A stretch of DNA of 64,000 nt from the human T2T-CHM13v2.0 reference genome, Homo sapiens, in NCBI RefSeq assembly GCF_009914755.1, contig NC_060929.1; one strand, written 5' to 3'. This document shows, piece after piece, positions 58,815 through 64,000 of the stretch (the stretch's first letter is position 1; every line of letters begins with the position of its first letter). A program made the translations under genes and the position numbers. The notes beneath the pieces were generated by a model. That model ran no database searches and was not told the DNA's origin. It saw only the letters and a list, made by a program, of their open reading frames with translations.

Positions 58815-59340
58815 TATTGAGTATGCATTAACACACTTTTGGTTGAAAATAACAGAGAACCTAATTTAAACTGACTAAAAAATAAAAGGAATTCATTGGC
58901 TGATGGGCATAAAACCTCAGAAGTAGTTCAGTTCAGGTAAAGCTAGATCCAGCAGCAGCTCAATGACATCACCAAGGATCTGATTTCTTTCTCTCTGTTA
59001 GCTCTGTATTCTTCAGGGTTGCCCTCATCTTAAGGCTATTTCCTTAGTATTCCCAAGATAGTTTCAAGTGCATTCTAAGGCTATATGTTTCCAATTTTCT
59101 ATCCCGGCGGAAAGAATAGCTCTTTATACTAGAATTCCTAGCATAATTTGAACAGATTCACTCTTACTAGACCAGCTTAGGTCCCACCTTTGGTTGGTTC
59201 AAGAGAACCATGGTGGGGTTAATTCCAAATAAACCACATGTTGTAAAACGGGGAAGAGATAGTTCCAAGGAAATGTGGGATCCTATTACATTAAAGAAAG
59301 GGGGAAGATTCCTGGCCAACAGTCAAAAGATGTCCATTAT
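58815..59340 (-). mobile_element. Old MLT1 (K/L-like) LTR
   Basis: GGTTGAAAATAACAGAGAACCTAATTTAAACTGACTAAAAAATAAAAGGAATTCATTGGCT. Confidence 0.55.
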
Positions 59341-60029
59341 CAGAATTTTGAAGGAATTATGCTCAAATTGTACCTGGAAGTGAGCCAAAATTTGTCTGGA
59401 TTCTCAGAGATATTCAGCTCTCTCTTTTTACCTAACCTCTCTTTTGGAATTGGGAGGTGATTCATTGAAATTATTCAGCTTGAGTCTGGGTAAGGAGTAT
59501 ATTGGAGTTCTTTGTACTATTCTTGCAAATTTTCTGTAAGCCTGAAACTATTTCCAATTAAAATAACTTGTTAAAGTAATATGGTAGTGCATAATCACCA
59601 TTTTCCCCCCTTAACCATAGGTAAGATACATGTAATATTGATATTTGCCTCACCTTTGCTTCAGGAGTGATGGAAGAATTTCAGGGGAGAATTCACCCAA
59701 CTTGACTGGGATACCGGGAGCACGGATCTGGAAAGAAACTTTTGAGCTTTAGGTGGCTGAGTGTGCATAAAGTAACACACATACCAAAGTCTTCCAAACA
59801 AAGATTAAGGGATGGAACCTCTCAAATAAACTCCTCCAAATTGGGAACAAATGTTGCGGTATCAGGATCACATCTCCTGTCCCAGTTACCCCATTGCTCA
59901 ACATGGGATGTGGGTTGTCAGGGTGAAGTTCTTTTAGCAATTATCTTTGTTTGCTTCATTATGTAAGGAGGAGAAATAACTTACCTGTTTAGGTAACTGG
60001 CCTTTAAATTAAGGGCAATAGTACTCAAA

Positions 60030-60885
60030 GAACTGTACCCAATGCACTGCACCAGAGGAGCCTCATCCACAGCTAAACCTGATTTAGATGACAAGACTCT
60101 AGACCTTGAGCCTGCTCCTAACGACATAATAGATGGGACTTGGGGGAAGCATTAGTAGAAGTGAGTATATTTTGCATATGGGAAAAACATAAATAACATG
60201 GCCAGATGGTGAACTGTAGTTATTTTAAAACATGGTCCCCCATTCTTTTACATCCTTCTCATAGAGAAGTAGAATCCATTTCCCTTGAATCAGTGATGCT
60301 GACAAATAGAGTAGGGAAAAAGACACTATTTGATTTTTTTTTTTGTGTTACTTCATATACTTATTCATTCATGACAAGAACACTTAAAAATCTACTCTCT
60401 TAGCAATTATCCAGTATACAATTCATTATTCCTAACTATAGTCACTATGTTGTACAGTAGATCTCTCGAGCTCACCCTTTTGTTCATTATTTGACCTTTG
60501 GGGCTGGATAAGAAAGAGCCATGTGACTCAGCCTGGTTTCCTTGAAATGCTCATTCTTGGGATCCAGACAAGGGGAAGGATGTCCAGCCTGTGGAGAGGT
60601 CCACAGGGAGAGGCTTAAGCTAGAGAGAAACAAGGGCACCCTCCCTTCTCAGCTCCTACTGGGCTCCCAACTGAGAGTCAACACCTACTTGCCCACCATG
60701 CAAGTGAGCAATTCTGCAAGTGGGCCCTCTAGTCCTATCAAGCATCCCCATGTGGAGTAGAGACTACACTTCTCCACCAGCCCCTGCCTAAATGGCAGAT
60801 TTGTGAGCTAAAAAGATAACTGTTGTTTTTTCAAGCCACTAAGTTTTGGGATGGTTTATTATGTAGCCAAAGTAACTGGAACACC
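60030..60885 (+). mobile_element. MLT1G-like LTR (~60215-60885) preceded by MLT1 internal 3' end, interrupted by an L1 fragment
   Basis: Internal end GATTTAGATGACAAGACTCTAGACC...GTGAGTATATTTTGCAT; LTR end AAGCCACTAAGTTTTGGGATGGTTTATTATGTAGC..TAACTGGAACA. Confidence 0.65.
60334..60484 (-). mobile_element. Short L1MA-type 3' UTR fragment with poly(A) and TSD
   Basis: AAAATCTACTCTCTTAGCAATT..CAGTATACAAT...TAACTATAGTCACTATGTTGTACAGTAGATCTC; TSD CACTATTTGA / CATTATTTGA. Confidence 0.75.
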
Positions 60886-61325
60886 ATGCAAATGAATGCA
60901 AAAGCACTTCAGAGAGAATACTTGTGATCTCAAAGTATTAAGAGATACCCTTGTGAAAAATTTTAAAGTCCATGAATGTTTGTGCAAGAAATGATTCTCT
61001 TGATAAGTATACTGTAAAAACCGAATGAAACATATAGGCAGTAGTAATGAGCTGCCCAACAACTTTACTGGAAAAAAATATACACTCTTAAGATCATCAA
61101 CATTTGATTCAACTCTTGTTTGTCCTTAAAATCAGCTCATAGTTTCAATTATGACCTATGATTTGTTAAATATACGATATCATTACTTTATTTCATATTT
61201 TTAACTGTTGACAAAGCCCAAGTCAAATCTATGAACCTGCCTTTATGCCAAAATTTTAATCCCTACTCAAAGTGGTTTGTATTGAGTGGGAACTTTTTTC
61301 TGGTTCCCAGTTATTCTTAGGAAAC

Positions 61326-61906
<581 letters not shown>

Positions 61907-62422
61907 GAAACCAATAACCTCTTCTATATGCCTGGAACACAACCTGTTATTGTGTCTTTGGCTGTGGTATTTTGCCGGCCAGACTTGCTTTTTCCTAGTA
62001 CCAGAGGAGGAAGATGTTCACCAATCTCTCAGGATCCTCTTTTAGCTCCAGCTTGCCCATCCTTCAGCAAATGCCCAGCCCCTGCTTGCACTCACTGAGA
62101 AAGAGCATCAAAGATGGCTGCCTCACTCCAAAGCTCCAGGTGCACTCTACTCCCCCATCCTGCCTCCCACTCTGCCTCCCACTTGTCGCCACCTCCTTAG
62201 TTCATCTTTCTTCCTCCTCTTCCCTTGTGTTATCCTTGGCTTTCCTCTCCATTCTATATGTGTACTTGGATTATATCAGCCTCATCCAGGAAATAACCCA
62301 GACCAATTCTATCCAGTCCCCAATGCCACAGTGCAATGCTGAAATTTCTGCCAGATGGGTCCCAATTATCACAAAGAAAAGCAAGCAGCAATTAACAATG
62401 CCATAGTCAAGGGAATCTGATA

Positions 62423-62637
62423 CAAGTTGAACATCCTTTATCTGAGAATCTTGGGACCAGAAGTGTTTCAGGCTTTTTTGGACTTTGGAATGTTTACTTT
62501 ATACTTATCGGCTAAGCATTTCTAATTTGAAAATTTAAAGTCTGAAATGCTTCAATGAGCTTTTTGTTTTCTCAAGAAGTTTCAGATTTTGAAGTATTTT
62601 TTTATTTCAAGTTTTTGGATTTAGAATGCTCAACCTG
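62423..62637. mobile_element. Tigger4a/MER46-like Tc1-mariner MITE
   Basis: TA flanks; TIRs CAAGTTGAACATCC / AATGCTCAACCTG. Confidence 0.75.
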
Positions 62638-62769
62638 TACTGAAAAATTTCACACTGCCTTGGGGATGGGTCTTGGTGCAGGAAGTTTATAGATACAACT
62701 TCACATTAGGAAATTCTAAATCCAAACTTTTTTTAAACCAAACTTTGGGGCCTCAGAACCCACTATATA

Positions 62770-63270
62770 GCAGTTAGAACTCATTATATTGAAAATATCA
62801 AAAAGCCCAACTCGAAATGGTTAAAAAATAAATGAAATTAGGCAACTGATAGAATTGCAAAAGACAGAGGTAGATCTAGCTTCAGGTAAGGCTTGATCCA
62901 GACACTCAATGATGCCACCAAGAATTCAGTACCCTCATCCTAAAGGTCTCATCCTAAAGCTGGCTCCCCTCCTGATCATAGGATCATCTGTCAATATCTC
63001 CACACAAGTCCACTCCCCAGTGACTCAATAAAAGTGTCAGAGTTGAGTCTTATTGTCTTGGTTGGCTGATTTGGATGATATGTCATTGGTTAATCCATAT
63101 GTAATCTCTGTGGTCAGGAAGATGAGAGATACTGGTTGGTTTAAGCTAATTGGGTGTACCCTCTGGGAATGGAGTCAATAATAGCTAACCTACATGGATG
63201 AGAAATGCAAGATACTCTTAGGAAAGGGGAAATGAGTGTTAGAAGGCTAGAAATTGACCCCAAACTGCAA
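62770..63270 (-). mobile_element. Old MLT1 (K/L-like) LTR
   Basis: TCTAGCTTCAGGTAAGGCTTGATCCAGACACTCAATGATGCCACCAAG, similar to the 58.9-kb copy. Confidence 0.5.
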
Positions 63271-63376
63271 GCTCCACATGTTTCCTGGATAGAGAACACA
63301 TTAAAATATTTAACTGACCTCAAAATGGTCATAATAATGCATGTTTGCACAACTCTTTAAAATATACATATATATA

Positions 63377-64000
63377 CTTTAATTTTTAGAGCAGTTTTAG
63401 GTTCACAGCAAAATTGAGTGGAGATGCAGAGATATCCCACATACCCTCTGCACCCACACAAGCATTGCCTACCAACTTATCAATATTCCCCACCAGAGGG
63501 TATATTTGTTGCATTTGATGAGCCTACATTGACACATCATTATCACCCAAAGCCTATAGTTTACATTTGGGTTTACTCAGTGTTGCACATTCTGTGGATT
63601 TAGACAAATGTATGATGACAAGTATACACCATTGTAGTATCATACAGAGTAGTTTCACTGCCCTAAAAATCCCCTGTGTTCCACTGATTCATTCCTCTCT
63701 ACCCCAACCCCTGGCAACCACTGATCTTTTTACTGTCTCCATAGTTTTGCCTTTTCCAGAATGTCATATAGTTGGAATTACACAATATATAGCCTTTTCA
63801 GACTGGCTTCTTTCACTTAGCATGCACTTAAGTTTCCTTCATGTCTATTCATGGCTTGACATCTCATTTCCTTTCGGCACTGAATAATGTTCATTGTCTG
63901 GATGTTCCACAGTTTATTTATCCATTCACCTACTGAAGGACATCTTGGCTGCTTCCAAGTTTTTGCAAAATCATGAATAAAGCTGCTATAAACATCTGTG
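63377..64000 (-). mobile_element. L1MC1-type 3' end; continues beyond the window
   Basis: TTTTAGAGCAGTTTTAGGTTCACAGCAAAATTGAG...CCTACATTGACACATCATTATCACCCAAAG. Confidence 0.85.

Overview
Hominoid (human or great-ape) non-coding genomic DNA, judged from a young L1PA2-type LINE-1 3' end, AluJ/S/Y SINEs and primate THE1/MST MaLR elements. I find no credible protein-coding exon, tRNA, rRNA or CRISPR array: the longer ORFs are LINE-1, MaLR or Alu remnants or GC-rich chance frames. The window is intergenic or intronic. About 1-33 kb is GC-rich with many MIR, L2 and MLT1 remnants. About 33-47 kb is one near full-length ancient L1MD-type element holding a nested stack of later insertions, including complete THE1C and MSTA proviruses. 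A CpG island lies at about 50.4-51.4 kb. I do not see a new multi-gene system. The best second-look items are two candidate L1 3' transductions, a TSD-bounded twin-primed inverted L1, three locally templated inverted duplications, a CpG island built partly from MIR remnants, a strong CTCF motif and several motif-dense unique segments. Repeat subfamily names come from recalled consensus sequences, not a database search, and boundaries of old repeats are approximate.
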